Assembly (NCBI GenBank): GCA_003567475.1
Contig: PWZL01000021.1
Location: 3,485 to 67,484 of the forward strand
DNA length: 64,000 bases
Direction of reading: 5' to 3'
From: Gammaproteobacteria bacterium
Lineage (GTDB): Bacteria; Pseudomonadota; Gammaproteobacteria; Steroidobacterales; PWYM01
Below, piece after piece: positions 40,106 through 50,908 of the stretch. Below the pieces are notes generated by a model. That model was not told the origin of the DNA. It was given only the letters and a program-made list of their open reading frames with translations, and ran no database searches. Position 1 is the first letter of the stretch. Each line of letters begins with the position of its first letter. The translations under genes and the position numbers were made by a program.

Positions 40106-41122
40106 TCAGAACGGGAAGATGAACCCGACAGCCAGCCCCTGAGGCGTGTTGCCCTCCAGGCCGGTGAGGTCGAGTTCCGCGCCGTGAGCACCGCCGCCTG
40201 ACATGTTGTAGTTCGCCAGGCGATCATTGCGGGTCGTGGCGTAGGTCAGGTAGAGCACCGCACGATCACCGAGGTGCCAGTCTGCGCCGATGGCGAAAAG
40301 CGTGGCGTCCCGATCTGACAGTGAGCTGTCGGTCGTGAACACATGCGCCTTGAAGGTCAGGTCCTGCCAGCGGCGGCTGACACCGACGCCGTAAGTGTCA
40401 ACGTTACCGCTGGCGCGCAGGCGGGCAAACTGTGCCAGGCCCATCACAGTCCAGTCCTGGTACTGCCACTGCGCCGCCAGACGGGTCGCCTGTGGGCGCA
40501 CGCCACCGGCACGTTCCCAGGCACCCAGCAGCAGCAGATCACCCAGCGTGTAGCCCAGGCCAACGCTGAGCACGTCGGCATTGCGAGCGTCCTGACTGGT
40601 GCCGGTGTTGTCATTGGTGGCGTAATGGACATCGGCGACCAGCCCGTTGAGTGCCGGCGTGCGGTAGTGGATGCCGTTGCGCAGGCGGAAGTCCCAGTTC
40701 TTACCACCGAACTGGTCGTCGAGTTTCGTGAGGTTGCGAAGATCGCCGATGCGGTTGCCGAACAGATCCAACCGTGAACGGATCAACATCAATGGCGACT
40801 GCATATAGCCCAGACGCAGCATGCCGAAATCGCCCCGCAGGCCGACGAAGGAATCCCGGCTGGCCCAGTTGCCGGCGCCGTTGTCCATCCGCAGCCCCTG
40901 CTCGATCTGCATCATCGCAGTCAACCCCGGCTGGAGTTCGGTATGGGTCCGGAAGCCGATCCGGCTGGCATTGCTGGACGTGTTCATGCCGGCACGATCG
41001 CCGTCATCCAGCCACTCCACACTCAGGTGCGCCTCGCCGTAGAGCTGAATCTGTTCGGCTGCCGCGGCCTGGGCAAAGCCAAGACTCAGAATAACCAGGG
41101 GCAATATCATTGTGCTGCGCAT
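40106..41122 (-). CDS. Gram-negative porin (paralog 2)
   Basis: signal peptide, QLYG, SRIGFR, RDSFVGLRGDFG, RNGIHYRTP, terminal F. Confidence 0.88.
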   Translation of the reverse strand: MRSTMILPLVILSLGFAQAAAAEQIQLYGEAHLSVEWLDDGDRAGMNTSSNASRIGFRTHTELQPGLTAMMQIEQGLRMDNGAGNWASRDSFVGLRGDFGMLRLGYMQSPLMLIRSRLDLFGNRIGDLRNLTKLDDQFGGKNWDFRLRNGIHYRTPALNGLVADVHYATNDNTGTSQDARNADVLSVGLGYTLGDLLLLGAWERAGGVRPQATRLAAQWQYQDWTVMGLAQFARLRASGNVDTYGVGVSRRWQDLTFKAHVFTTDSSLSDRDATLFAIGADWHLGDRAVLYLTYATTRNDRLANYNMSGGGAHGAELDLTGLEGNTPQGLAVGFIFPF

Positions 41123-41189
41123 CAGCGCTCTCCTGTCGAACCCGTATATTCCGCTGCGGCTGGGTATCCGGGCGTTTCGCCGGCGGCGC

Positions 41190-41211
41190 CAAGGTTACGG
41201 GAACATGACGC
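41190..41211 (-). promoter_or_regulatory. possible Pho box upstream of porin 2
   Basis: GCGTCATgttc/CCGTAAC half-sites 11 bp apart. Confidence 0.35.
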
Positions 41212-41241
41212 CGATGCAAGCACGTTATGGCATGACGATAT

Positions 41242-41270
41242 AAAAAAACCCCGCCACAGGGTGACGGGGT
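41242..41270 (-). terminator. intrinsic terminator after porin 1
   Basis: ACCCCGTCAC-CCT-GTGGCGGGGT followed by a T run. Confidence 0.85.
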
Positions 41271-41329
41271 CCAAGTCTCCACCTTGCGGGGGGGAGCGGG
41301 CCCTCTCGGACCCGTTGGGGAGTCTTGCC

Positions 41330-42364
41330 TCAGAAGTCGTAGCGAAAGCCTACCGACAGGCCGCTGTGGTTGAGGCCGGGCGCGGCTGTGGCCAGCTGCG
41401 TGTCGCGGCCACCGCGGGACATCGAGTAGGTGGCATTGTCGTCGTTGGCAGTCCGGGCATAGGCGAACAGCAGCCGGAAGGGCCGTGCGATCCGGTAGTC
41501 CAGTCCGACAGCGATCATATTCGCATCACGCTCGTCACCGTCGGCCGAGATCATGTAGTACTGCGCCTTGACGGTGGTCTTGTCATTGACCTTGTAGCTG
41601 CCGCCGATACCAAAGGTGTTCACGTCCTGGTCAGGGCCCAGGGTCGAGCTTTTGATGGTGGCGAACTGCGCCAGGGCGGCCACGTCGAAATCGCCAAAGC
41701 TGTAGCGGGCGCCCAGACGGATCGCGTCGGACTTGCTCTGGTTCTTGCGCTCGTAGGCACCGGCCAGGTACAGGTTGCCCTCGGTGTAACTCACGCTGGT
41801 GCTGAGCGCATCGTTGTCGTTATCCACCGTCGTACCGCCATCGGTGTTGGTGGAATAATGCAGGTCGACCACCACGCCGCCCATGCGCGGGGAGCGGTAG
41901 TGAATGCCGTTGCGGAACCGGGTATCGAAATCGAAATCGCTGCCGCTGTATCCATCACGCAGGCGGGTCATGTTGCGGGCATCGCCGATCTGATCACCAA
42001 AGAAGTCGGTGCGGCTGCGCACGCTCTTCAGCGGAGTATCGAAAAAGCCGGCGCGAATCATGCCGAAATCGCCCTGCAGACCGACGAAGCTGTCGCGGCT
42101 GGCGAAACTGCCGGCGCCGTTCTCGAAACGGATATTCTGCTCGATCTGCATCACCGCCCGCAGATTGTTGCCGAGATCATGATTGGCACGGAAGCCCAGT
42201 CGGCTTGAGTTGCTCGATACATTGAGCCCATCGTCAGCACCGTTGTCGAGCCAGTCTAGGCTGACGTGAGCGCGGCCGTACAGTTGCACCGAGGTGTCGG
42301 CCAGTGCCGCCACCGGGCTGAGCATCGCCGTGGCGACCGCGGCGGCAAGAAGTTGCTTGTTCAT
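41330..42364 (-). CDS. Gram-negative porin (paralog 1)
   Basis: MNKQLLAAAV signal, QLYG, SRLGFR, RDSFVGLQGDFG, RNGIHYRSP, GFRYDF. Confidence 0.9.
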   Translation of the reverse strand: MNKQLLAAAVATAMLSPVAALADTSVQLYGRAHVSLDWLDNGADDGLNVSSNSSRLGFRANHDLGNNLRAVMQIEQNIRFENGAGSFASRDSFVGLQGDFGMIRAGFFDTPLKSVRSRTDFFGDQIGDARNMTRLRDGYSGSDFDFDTRFRNGIHYRSPRMGGVVVDLHYSTNTDGGTTVDNDNDALSTSVSYTEGNLYLAGAYERKNQSKSDAIRLGARYSFGDFDVAALAQFATIKSSTLGPDQDVNTFGIGGSYKVNDKTTVKAQYYMISADGDERDANMIAVGLDYRIARPFRLLFAYARTANDDNATYSMSRGGRDTQLATAAPGLNHSGLSVGFRYDF

Positions 42365-42426
42365 GCGAACTCTCCGGGAGTCTGTTTTGGAATAGTGTTG
42401 CAGCGGGAGAACACGTTGCGGGGGGC

Positions 42427-42482
42427 AGTCTACGCCGACCGGGTGACGGCGGCGTGACTCTGATATGTCACTTATGTTACGA
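42427..42482 (-). promoter_or_regulatory. tandem Pho boxes plus -10 upstream of porin 1
   Basis: TCGTAAC/GTGACAT/GAGTCAC/CCGTCAC in 11-bp phase, then 10 nt and TAGACT. Confidence 0.65.
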
Positions 42483-42545
42483 ACTGAAACCTGTTGGGAT
42501 CACACAACGCAGTCCCGACCATCGGGCCGCGGCTCGGGGCCGCAC

Positions 42546-43268
42546 TCAGTCCGTGCGCCTGGCCTCGCGCTCGAGGTCTTCGAGGCTGGTGTGGCGGACA
42601 TCCTTTCCCTTGACGATGTAGATCACGTACTCGCAGAGATTGCGAGCCCGATCGCCGATGCGCTCCAGTGAGCGTGCGGCCCAGATCACGTTCAGGGCTC
42701 GCGGGATGCTGCGCGGGTCTTCCATCATGTGGGTGATCAGTTCGCGGGTGAGCCCCTCGAAGTCGGCGTCCACGCTGAGGTCTTCGCGCACGACCTGCGC
42801 TGCCAACTCGGTGTCCAGTGTGTCCATGGCGCGCAGGGCCTCGGCCAACTGTTGCTGGACGTTGCGACCCAGTCGCCCAAGCTCCGCAAAACGCCGACTC
42901 GGCTCCTCGGCGGCCGGCCCGAGGCGCACCGCCATGTGACCGATACGCTCGGCCTCGTCGCCCATGCGCTCCAGATCCGTGGTGCTCTTGGCCATGGCGA
43001 TGATGAACCGAAGATCCGTCGCCGTCGGTTGACGCCGCGCGATGATGTGCGCGCACTCCTCATCGATACGGACTTCCATGGCGTTGATCAGATGGTCGCT
43101 AGTGATCACTTGCTCGGCCAGTTCGACGTTACCGGTCACCAGCGCGTCCACTGCCGAGATGATCTGCGCCTGCACCAGCGCACCCATCTGCATGACCGTG
43201 CTGAAAAGCTCCTGCAACTCGCGATTGAACTGACTGGAGATATGCTGCGAGATATGGGCCTTATCCAT
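42546..43268 (-). CDS. phoU: phosphate signalling protein PhoU
   Basis: ARRQPTATDLR, DLERMGDEA, RSLERIGDRARNLCEYVIY. Confidence 0.95.
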   Translation of the reverse strand: MDKAHISQHISSQFNRELQELFSTVMQMGALVQAQIISAVDALVTGNVELAEQVITSDHLINAMEVRIDEECAHIIARRQPTATDLRFIIAMAKSTTDLERMGDEAERIGHMAVRLGPAAEEPSRRFAELGRLGRNVQQQLAEALRAMDTLDTELAAQVVREDLSVDADFEGLTRELITHMMEDPRSIPRALNVIWAARSLERIGDRARNLCEYVIYIVKGKDVRHTSLEDLEREARRTD

Positions 43269-43323
43269 GGGCTGTCCTGAACAGGTGACGGGAGGATACC
43301 GCAAGCTTGCCGCGCGCGGCGGC

Positions 43324-44220
43324 TCAGCCGTAACGCCCGGTGATGTAGTCCTCGGTCGCCTTTTCCCTGGGGTTGGTGAACAGCGTGATCGTGTCGCCGT
43401 ACTCCACCAGTTCGCCGAGGTACATGTACGCGGTGTAATCGGAGACCCGGGCCGCCTGCTGCATGTTGTGCGTGACGATCATGATCGTGTACTGCGTTTT
43501 CAGCTCGCCTATGAGCTCCTCGATTTTGGCGGTAGAAATCGGATCGAGTGCGGAGGTGGGCTCATCGAGCAGAATCACTTCCGGCTCGATGGCAATCGCC
43601 CGGGCGATCACCAGCCGCTGCTGCTGACCACCGGACAATCCAAAGGCGTTGCTTTGCAGCCGGTCCTTGACCTCATCCCACAAGGCGACCGACTTCAGGG
43701 AACGTTCGACCACCTCGTCGAGCAGTGCCTTGTTGGTCACGCCCTGCAGCCTGAGGCCGTAGGCGACATTTTCGTAAATGGACTTGGGAAACGGGTTGGG
43801 CTTCTGGAACACCATACCGATGCGACGACGCAGCTCGGCAATGTCGGTTGCACGGGAATAGATGTCGTCTCCCTGCAGCACGATGCGGCCCTCGATCCGG
43901 CAGATGTCCACCAGATCGTTCATGCGGTTGAAACAGCGCAGCAGTGTGGATTTACCGCAGCCGGAGGGGCCAATGAACGCCGTCACCCGCCGAGAAGGGA
44001 TCTGCATGTTGATCCCCTTCAACGCCTGCGTGTCCCCGTAGTAGAGATCGAGGCCCTCCACCGACAGGGTGATGTCCTCGTCCTGCAGCGAGAGCGCCTC
44101 ACGCGCGCTGTCCTGAAACAGCGACGCGGCCATGCTGCTGACGGTGTTCTGAGTCTCCTTCATTTCAGTCTCCACGGCTCTGGGTGCCGGTGTGCCTGCG
44201 ACGGTCTGGCCGGAGGCCAT
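43324..44220 (-). CDS. pstB: phosphate ABC transporter ATPase
   Basis: [36 protein letters not shown]. Confidence 0.95.
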   Translation of the reverse strand: MASGQTVAGTPAPRAVETEMKETQNTVSSMAASLFQDSAREALSLQDEDITLSVEGLDLYYGDTQALKGINMQIPSRRVTAFIGPSGCGKSTLLRCFNRMNDLVDICRIEGRIVLQGDDIYSRATDIAELRRRIGMVFQKPNPFPKSIYENVAYGLRLQGVTNKALLDEVVERSLKSVALWDEVKDRLQSNAFGLSGGQQQRLVIARAIAIEPEVILLDEPTSALDPISTAKIEELIGELKTQYTIMIVTHNMQQAARVSDYTAYMYLGELVEYGDTITLFTNPREKATEDYITGRYG

Positions 44221-45872
44221 CAATCGCTCTCTGCGCGGTATTTTTCGCGCAGGTGATTTCGAATGGTGATGGCTGTCAGGTTGAGCATGACGATCAACAG
44301 CACCAGGATCAGTGCCGTTGCGTATACCAGCTGCTCCGCGGCTTCGGCATGCGGGCTCTGGAAACCCACGTCGTAGATGTGGAACCCGAGATGCATGATC
44401 TTGCGTTCCAGATGAATGAACGGGAAGTTGCCATCGATCGGCAGGGTCGGCGCCAGCTTGACCACGCCCACCAGCATCAGCGGCGCGACCTCCCCTGCAG
44501 CCCGGGCAATGGCCAGAATCAGTCCCGTCATCATCGCGGGCGTCGCCAGTGGCACGACAACCTTCCACAGGGTCTCGCCCTTGGTCGCGCCCAGGGCCAG
44601 CGACCCTTCGCGCAGCGTCGAGGGAATTCGCGCGAGGCCTTCCTCCGTCGACACGATCACCACCGGCAGCGTCAGCAGCGCCAGTGTCAGGGACGCCCAG
44701 AACAGACCTGGCGTGCCGAACGTCGGCGCCGGCAGTGCTTCCGGATAGAACGTCCGGTCGATGGCGCCGCCCATGAAGTACACGAAGAAACCAAGACCGA
44801 ACACGCCAAAGACGATCGAGGGCACGCCAGCGAGGTTGTACACTGAAATCCGTACGGTCCTGAGCAGCGGCCCCTGTTTGGCGTACTCGCGCAGATAGAT
44901 GGCCGCGAGAATGCCGAAAGGCGTCACGATAATCGACATGACGAGCACCATCACGACCGTGCCGAAGATCGCCGGGAAAATCCCCCCCTCGGTGTTCGCT
45001 TCACGCGGATACCCGAAAATGAAGTCCTTGAAATCGAGGAGGTAGAACCAGACCTTCTGCAGCACGGACATGTTGTTCGGCTGCCAGGCCTTGACGATAT
45101 CGGCGAGGCGGACCGTGACCTCACGACCGTCCGCCACCCGCATCACCAGGCTGTCACGTCCGGCTTCTTGATAGAGTTCGTCAAGACGCGCTTCAAGCAC
45201 TGCGTAGTCGGCATCGAGTGCCGCTCGGCGAGCGGCCAATTCGGCCTCCAACTGTGGCGTGAGCGTGTCGCGCAGCACAGCCCGTCGACGGTCGAGGCGC
45301 ACGCGCTCGATCGCGAAGTTGATCCGTCCGATATCTACCCGCTCGATCTGGCGGATTTCATCGTAGAGCGCGTTGCTGCGGGCCAGACGCAGCTTGAATT
45401 CCGGCCAGAGTGCATCGCCCGTGGCCACCGAGCCCCCCGCCTCGAGCAGGCGGACCGGAAAGCCGATGAAATCACCCCACTCGCGGCGCTCAAGCACCGT
45501 GGCGTCGCGGGGAAACGACCATGGGGTCATGAAGTCGGCGACGAAAAACCCGAAATCCCGCCCGGTGACGTCACGGTTACCCATCTTGATGAGGTGACGA
45601 TCCACCAGGGCCTGTTCCTGAGGGATGTTCAGCCCGGCATCGCGCATGGCCTCAGCCGTGAACACCTGGGATCGACGCAGTGACCCGAGAATCTCAAGCT
45701 GTGCCTCACCCGGCTGGGTGTAGGTGGTCTGCAACACCGGATGCGGCCAGAACGCGCTGAAACCACGCACCAGAATCAAGGTGATCAAGCCGAACACCAT
45801 GACCATGCTGATCGTGACGGCGCCCCCGTTCAACCAGATCCAGGGCGCACCGCTTTTCCACCATTCCTTCAT
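44220..45872 (-). CDS. pstA: phosphate ABC transporter permease PstA (long form)
   Basis: [38 protein letters not shown]. Confidence 0.93.
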   Translation of the reverse strand: MKEWWKSGAPWIWLNGGAVTISMVMVFGLITLILVRGFSAFWPHPVLQTTYTQPGEAQLEILGSLRRSQVFTAEAMRDAGLNIPQEQALVDRHLIKMGNRDVTGRDFGFFVADFMTPWSFPRDATVLERREWGDFIGFPVRLLEAGGSVATGDALWPEFKLRLARSNALYDEIRQIERVDIGRINFAIERVRLDRRRAVLRDTLTPQLEAELAARRAALDADYAVLEARLDELYQEAGRDSLVMRVADGREVTVRLADIVKAWQPNNMSVLQKVWFYLLDFKDFIFGYPREANTEGGIFPAIFGTVVMVLVMSIIVTPFGILAAIYLREYAKQGPLLRTVRISVYNLAGVPSIVFGVFGLGFFVYFMGGAIDRTFYPEALPAPTFGTPGLFWASLTLALLTLPVVIVSTEEGLARIPSTLREGSLALGATKGETLWKVVVPLATPAMMTGLILAIARAAGEVAPLMLVGVVKLAPTLPIDGNFPFIHLERKIMHLGFHIYDVGFQSPHAEAAEQLVYATALILVLLIVMLNLTAITIRNHLREKYRAESD

Positions 45873-45896
45873 GAGATCACTACCGGCTGCATGGCA

Positions 45897-48194
45897 TTAC
45901 AAGGAGGCATAACGTTTGCGCAGACGCTGGCGAACGATTTCCGCGGCGGTATTCAGCAGGAACGTGAACACCAACAGCACGAGCGCCGAGAGAAACAGCA
46001 CACGGAAGTGGGTCGAGCCCACATCGGTCTCCGGCAGCTCCACGGCAATGTTGGCGGCCAGCGTACGCATACCCTCGAACAGGTTGAAATTCAGCACCGG
46101 GCTGTTACCCGAGGCCATCAGCACGATCATGGTTTCCCCGACCGCACGGCCGAAACCGATCATCACGGCCGAGAAGATTCCCGGGCTGGCCGTGAGCAGC
46201 ACGACGCCCATGACGGTCTGCCAGGGCGTCGCGCCCAAGGCCAGCGAGCCCATGGTCAGGTGTTTTGGAACATTGAATACGGCATCTTCGGCGATCGAGA
46301 AAATTGTGGGAATGACGGCAAACCCCATGGCCATGCCAACGATCAGCGCATTGCGCTGGTCATAAGGAATACCGACATCGGAAAACCACTGACGCATCGA
46401 GCCATCGAAGAACCACACCTCGATCCACGGGCTCGAGGTCACCACGATCCAGCCGGTGAACAGCACCACCGGGACCAGCAGTGCCGCCTCCCAGCCGTCC
46501 GGGACCATCCGACGCACCTGGGTCGGCAAACGCGACCAGCCGAAGGCCGCCACCAGAATGAGCAACGGAAAGAGCACCGCGCCGGTAATCAGGATCGGCA
46601 AATTGTTCTCGACATAGGGCGCCAGCCAGATACCGGCGAGGAAACCTAGGATGACCGTCGGCAGGGCCTCCATGAGTTCGATCGACGGCTTCACCACCCG
46701 ACGAATCCGCGGTGACATGAAATAGGCGGTATAGATCGCGCCCATGATCGCCAGTGGTGTCGCCAGCAGCATGGCGAACAGCGCCGCCTTCAGGGTGCCG
46801 ACCGAGAGCGGGACGATGCTGAACTTGGCCTCGAAGGCATCGTCGGCCGATGACGACTGCCAGATGAACTCCGGTTCGCTGCGCCCTTCGTACCACACCC
46901 GGCCCCAGAGCCCGCTGAGCGAGGTCTGCGGGTGGGGATTGTCGATGGCCAGCACGGTCAGCTGCGCAGCGTCTGCGCCTTCGATCAAGGCGCGGCTGTT
47001 GTTGGGCCCGATTGCGAGCCGCGCGATCTCCCCCTCGACGGCCGGCTTCATGGCGAGCGTCACACTCGATGTCGCATAGTGCAGACCGACCGTGCCGCTG
47101 GCATCGCCGACCAGAAAGCCCTTGCGGATGTACTCCGGATCGATGAACGTGATCGCGGCGGGGTGCTGACGAAAACTGCGGATCAACGTCAGATGCGGGA
47201 CGTTGGTCTCTTCGTCACGAACCAGGAACCACTGGCGGACGCTGCCATCGGATCCGCCGACGATCAGCGACCGGCTGCCGACCAGGAACTCGGCAGCAGT
47301 GACCTCCGCACCATCGGCGACCAGCTGCACCTCCTCGATCAGTGTGGGGGCGTTGCGATCGACGATGTCGAAATTGAACAACCGGCCGCGGTCGTCGATG
47401 ACAAAGATGTTGCGCAGGGTTTCGTTCACCAGGATCCGGCGCACCGGGCGGCCCAGGGCAGGCAGGCGATAGTCGGATCGGGTGACCTGGGTCTGCCCCG
47501 TCATCAGGTTGGTACGGGTGGCGAACATCGCCATGTCCAGATCGCCGGCCGCCGTGCCACCGGCCACGACAAACCCCCCGCGGCCCTGGATGACGGTCAG
47601 CGCGGAGAACTCGCTGACGTCCTCGTCGCCGAGGCGGATCGGGTCCTCACCCAGCGGGTAGCCAAGCTCAACGGAGATCTCGCGAATCCCGGTGTCGAAA
47701 CTCTGCGGATAGTCGACACGGATCGGCAATACCGAGCCGTCAGAAAAACCATAAACGAACAGGCTACGGCGGTTTTCGCCACGGCCGAATGCCGTGATGT
47801 GCGCGCCTGGCGGCACCGGCACCTGGATGCGGTCGCGTACAGCACCGGTACCGGCAGCGAACACGGTGATCTCGCCGGTATCGGCGAAACGCGCCCCGAT
47901 CGTCTCGAAGCGGTCGAGCGTCATGTGCAGGGTTGTCTGGCCATCACCGGCCCACGGGACCTCGAATTGGGTCTCCACGACGACGCTCGCAGGCTTGAGC
48001 ATCGGGAACGTTTCATAGAACAGATAGACGAAAATCAGACCCAGGGCGATGATCACCCCGATCCCACCGGCGCCCACCCCGTACAGCGACAGGCCGTCGC
48101 GAAGGGCCCGGAGCTTGCGCAGCTTCAGCCGTCGCTCGGTGTCGGGCAGCAGCGAGCCGGAGCTGAGGGGTTGTTCACTGGCTGGCGTAGACAT
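45897..48194 (-). CDS. pstC: phosphate ABC transporter permease PstC with large periplasmic (WD40-like) domain
   Basis: KPSIELMEALPTVILG, GRAVGETMIVLM; 765 aa. Confidence 0.92.
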   Translation of the reverse strand: MSTPASEQPLSSGSLLPDTERRLKLRKLRALRDGLSLYGVGAGGIGVIIALGLIFVYLFYETFPMLKPASVVVETQFEVPWAGDGQTTLHMTLDRFETIGARFADTGEITVFAAGTGAVRDRIQVPVPPGAHITAFGRGENRRSLFVYGFSDGSVLPIRVDYPQSFDTGIREISVELGYPLGEDPIRLGDEDVSEFSALTVIQGRGGFVVAGGTAAGDLDMAMFATRTNLMTGQTQVTRSDYRLPALGRPVRRILVNETLRNIFVIDDRGRLFNFDIVDRNAPTLIEEVQLVADGAEVTAAEFLVGSRSLIVGGSDGSVRQWFLVRDEETNVPHLTLIRSFRQHPAAITFIDPEYIRKGFLVGDASGTVGLHYATSSVTLAMKPAVEGEIARLAIGPNNSRALIEGADAAQLTVLAIDNPHPQTSLSGLWGRVWYEGRSEPEFIWQSSSADDAFEAKFSIVPLSVGTLKAALFAMLLATPLAIMGAIYTAYFMSPRIRRVVKPSIELMEALPTVILGFLAGIWLAPYVENNLPILITGAVLFPLLILVAAFGWSRLPTQVRRMVPDGWEAALLVPVVLFTGWIVVTSSPWIEVWFFDGSMRQWFSDVGIPYDQRNALIVGMAMGFAVIPTIFSIAEDAVFNVPKHLTMGSLALGATPWQTVMGVVLLTASPGIFSAVMIGFGRAVGETMIVLMASGNSPVLNFNLFEGMRTLAANIAVELPETDVGSTHFRVLFLSALVLLVFTFLLNTAAEIVRQRLRKRYASL

Positions 48195-48217
48195 CGTCCA
48201 CCTTTAAGTCAGTAGCG

Positions 48218-48255
48218 AAAACGCGGCCCCGACACTGCATGCCGTCGGGGCCGCG
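48218..48255 (-). terminator. pstS-pstC intergenic stem-loop (attenuator or mRNA stabiliser)
   Basis: 12-bp stem CGCGGCCCCGAC...GTCGGGGCCGCG followed by TTTT. Confidence 0.7.
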
Positions 48256-48270
48256 CGGTCGGTCGTCGCC

Positions 48271-49227
48271 TCAGTCGAGATTGAACTGGGTGCGGAAGCG
48301 CTCGGCGGCGCTGGCATCCAGCGTCACGTAGCCGTCACGGTTAACGACGCCCTGGCCTTCGCTGGACAGCACCATGCGGAAGAACTCGCGCTCCAGCGGA
48401 TTCCAGCCGTCGACCGGATTCTGGTTGGCCGCGATATACAGGAAGCGCGCCAGCGGATAGTCGCCCGTGGCGGCGTTCGCGCCCGACGCCTCGAAGCCGT
48501 TCAGCGGCACGACGCGGACACCGGAGGTGCGGTAGCCGATGCCGGAGTAGCCGACGCCACCCAGGGTCTGCTCGACGCCACGTACGACGGCCGAGGAGCC
48601 CGGTTGCTCGTTGACGGTGTCCTTGAAGTCGCCACCGCAAAGCGCGACCTCGCGGAAGAAACCGTAGGTCCCGGAAACCGCGTTACGGCCATAGATGGTG
48701 ATGTCGCGGTTGGCCCAGCCGCCGGTCAGACCGACCTGGCCCCAGGTGCGGATGTCACTGGGACCCCCACAGGCTCGGGTGGCCGAGAAGATCGCGTCGA
48801 CCTGCTCCATGGTCAGCCCTTCGATCGGGTTGTCCTGGTTGACGTAGACGGCAATCATATCGATGGCGACCGGCACCAGCGTCGGGGCATAACCGAAACG
48901 GTCCTCGAAGGCGCGCTGCTCGGAATCCCGCATCGGACGGCTCATGGGGCCGAAATTCGACGTGCCCTCGATCAGCGCCGGCGGTGCCGTGGAGGTGCCT
49001 GCACCCTGGATCTGGATATTGACGTTCGGATAGAAGTTCGCGAACTCTTCCGCCCACAGGGTCATCAGGTTGTTGAGGGTGTCCGAGCCGACCGAACTCA
49101 GGTTGCCCGAAATCCCCGAGACGCGCTCGTAACTGGGCAGGTTGGGATCGACGTCGGCGACGGCAGACTGGGCCGAGATGCCGAGCGCTACGGCGACACC
49201 CACGGCGAGTGTGGTTTTAAAACTCAT
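48271..49227 (-). CDS. pstS: phosphate ABC transporter substrate-binding protein
   Basis: SVGSDTLNNL, GPMSR, YGRNAVSGT, YPLARFLY. Confidence 0.95.
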   Translation of the reverse strand: MSFKTTLAVGVAVALGISAQSAVADVDPNLPSYERVSGISGNLSSVGSDTLNNLMTLWAEEFANFYPNVNIQIQGAGTSTAPPALIEGTSNFGPMSRPMRDSEQRAFEDRFGYAPTLVPVAIDMIAVYVNQDNPIEGLTMEQVDAIFSATRACGGPSDIRTWGQVGLTGGWANRDITIYGRNAVSGTYGFFREVALCGGDFKDTVNEQPGSSAVVRGVEQTLGGVGYSGIGYRTSGVRVVPLNGFEASGANAATGDYPLARFLYIAANQNPVDGWNPLEREFFRMVLSSEGQGVVNRDGYVTLDASAAERFRTQFNLD

Positions 49228-49301
49228 GGTGCGAAGTCCTCATGTATGAGTGATGGTCCCGGCCGGGGCAGCGGTGAGCGCTGAGTCCCGAGCGTTGCGG
49301 G

Positions 49302-49357
49302 AGTCTCTGCCCCCTGCACGACAACCGTATGACGCCAACGTTACAACTTGATGATGG
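49302..49357 (-). promoter_or_regulatory. tandem Pho boxes plus -10 upstream of pstS
   Basis: CCATCAT/TTGTAAC/GCGTCAT/TTGTCGT in 11-bp phase, then 10 nt and GAGACT. Confidence 0.7.
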
Positions 49358-49366
49358 TCACGAAGC

Positions 49367-49918
49367 TCAGCGCAGGTTCGGCACCGGCTGCTCCCACTCG
49401 GCCCGCGCCTGCGTCGCAGGTGGCGGCACGATCGCCAGCAGCTTGAGTTCGAACACCAGGGTCTCGTCCGGACCGATCACCCCGGCGCCGGAGCGCCCAT
49501 ATGCGCGCTCCGGGGGCGTCACCAGCCACATCCGCGTGCCCACCGGCGACTGCGCGAGCACGTCCTGCCAGCCGGCAATGGCGCGCGCGACCGGCAGCGT
49601 CGCCGGCTCCTCCCGCCGCCAGGAGTTATCGAATTCCCGTCCGTCGATCCGCCAGCCGCGATAATGCACCCGCACCCAGTCTTCCAAGGCCGGCACCTCG
49701 CCGTCACCAGGCACCAGCACTTCCACCAGCACACCGCTGGACAGCCGCACGACGCCCGGGCGCGCCGCCTCCCGGCGACGGTAGTCGGTCCCTTCCTCGG
49801 CGTTGAGCGTTGCCAGCAGCACCCGATCTTCGATCTGCTGGGGCGTGAGCCCACTGGAGCGCGCCACCAGAAACACGGCGACCAGCGCGGCCAGGCTGAG
49901 CAGAATCACCCGCAGCAT
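49367..49918 (-). CDS. membrane-anchored FKBP-type PPIase (FklB/Mip-like)
   Basis: VRVHYRG..IDGREFDNS, IAGW, PERAYG, IGPDETLVFELKLL. Confidence 0.88.
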   Translation of the reverse strand: MLRVILLSLAALVAVFLVARSSGLTPQQIEDRVLLATLNAEEGTDYRRREAARPGVVRLSSGVLVEVLVPGDGEVPALEDWVRVHYRGWRIDGREFDNSWRREEPATLPVARAIAGWQDVLAQSPVGTRMWLVTPPERAYGRSGAGVIGPDETLVFELKLLAIVPPPATQARAEWEQPVPNLR

Positions 49919-49928
49919 CGGGGCTGCC

Positions 49929-50852
49929 TCACTGGGCGGCCGCCCAGGCGATCGCGCGGGCACGGACTTCACGGCGCTCGGCCTCCGTGAGGACGCCGTC
50001 GAGCAGCCGGCGCAGGCGCTCACCCGAGGCATCACCGCCAGCGGCGGCCAGGTTGGCCCATTTCGCAGCGGTCAGGGCGTCCTGCTCGACGCCCTGGCCT
50101 TCGAGGTAAAGATAGGCCAGCCGCGCCTGTACCGACGCATGACCGCGCGCGGCCCCGAGTTGCGCATACTCCGCCGCACGCGTGGCATCGATCGGATGCC
50201 CGCCGATCCCCTCCAGATACAGTCGGACCAGGAAGTGCGTCGCCAGGGTCTCGCCGTCCGCGAGCGCGGTCTCCAGCAGGGCACGTGCCTCAGCAACCCG
50301 GGAAGGCTCGGCGCCGCCCATGGCATCGGCGATCAGCACAGAGGCCCAGGCGACACGGGCGGGGGCATAGTCCGCCTCGATCGCCTCCTCGAACCAGTGC
50401 TCTGCCAGAGCCACATCCTGGGCAACGCCCTGCCCGCCGAGATACATCCAGCCGAGTTTCAGGGCGTACTCAGACGCCCCACCGCGGGCCGCGGCGGCAT
50501 ACCAGCGGGCAGCCTCCTCGCCATCCATCGGCACGCCATGCCCCTGCTCGTAGATCCAACCCAGTTGCGTCATCGCCGCGACCGAGCCTGCAGCGGCAGC
50601 ACTCTCGAAACCTTCGCGCGCACGCTGCCAGTCGGGCGGGGTCTCCCTCAGGGCGGCATGCGCGCGGGCTTCGGCCACCTCGGCCGCCACCGTGGTGGGG
50701 GCGACGCCTGGCGTGCCATGCGACGCGGCTGGCGGGCTGGACCGGTCCTGCGGCGCGGTTGCGCAGCCCAGCAGGATGATCACCACCGCGGCGCACAGCG
50801 GCAGCGTGCGCGCCAGCGACGTGACGGGATAAGATGGTTCAGGCGGGTTCAT
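49929..50852 (-). CDS. Sel1-repeat lipoprotein
   Basis: LLGC lipobox; repeated LGW.Y..G.GV..D...A..W motifs. Confidence 0.85.
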   Translation of the reverse strand: MNPPEPSYPVTSLARTLPLCAAVVIILLGCATAPQDRSSPPAASHGTPGVAPTTVAAEVAEARAHAALRETPPDWQRAREGFESAAAAGSVAAMTQLGWIYEQGHGVPMDGEEAARWYAAAARGGASEYALKLGWMYLGGQGVAQDVALAEHWFEEAIEADYAPARVAWASVLIADAMGGAEPSRVAEARALLETALADGETLATHFLVRLYLEGIGGHPIDATRAAEYAQLGAARGHASVQARLAYLYLEGQGVEQDALTAAKWANLAAAGGDASGERLRRLLDGVLTEAERREVRARAIAWAAAQ

Positions 50853-50908
50853 GCGTCGCCGTCTCGTGGCCGGAAGCGAAACGCCCGGCCCTGGTTACCG
50901 ACCCGGGA

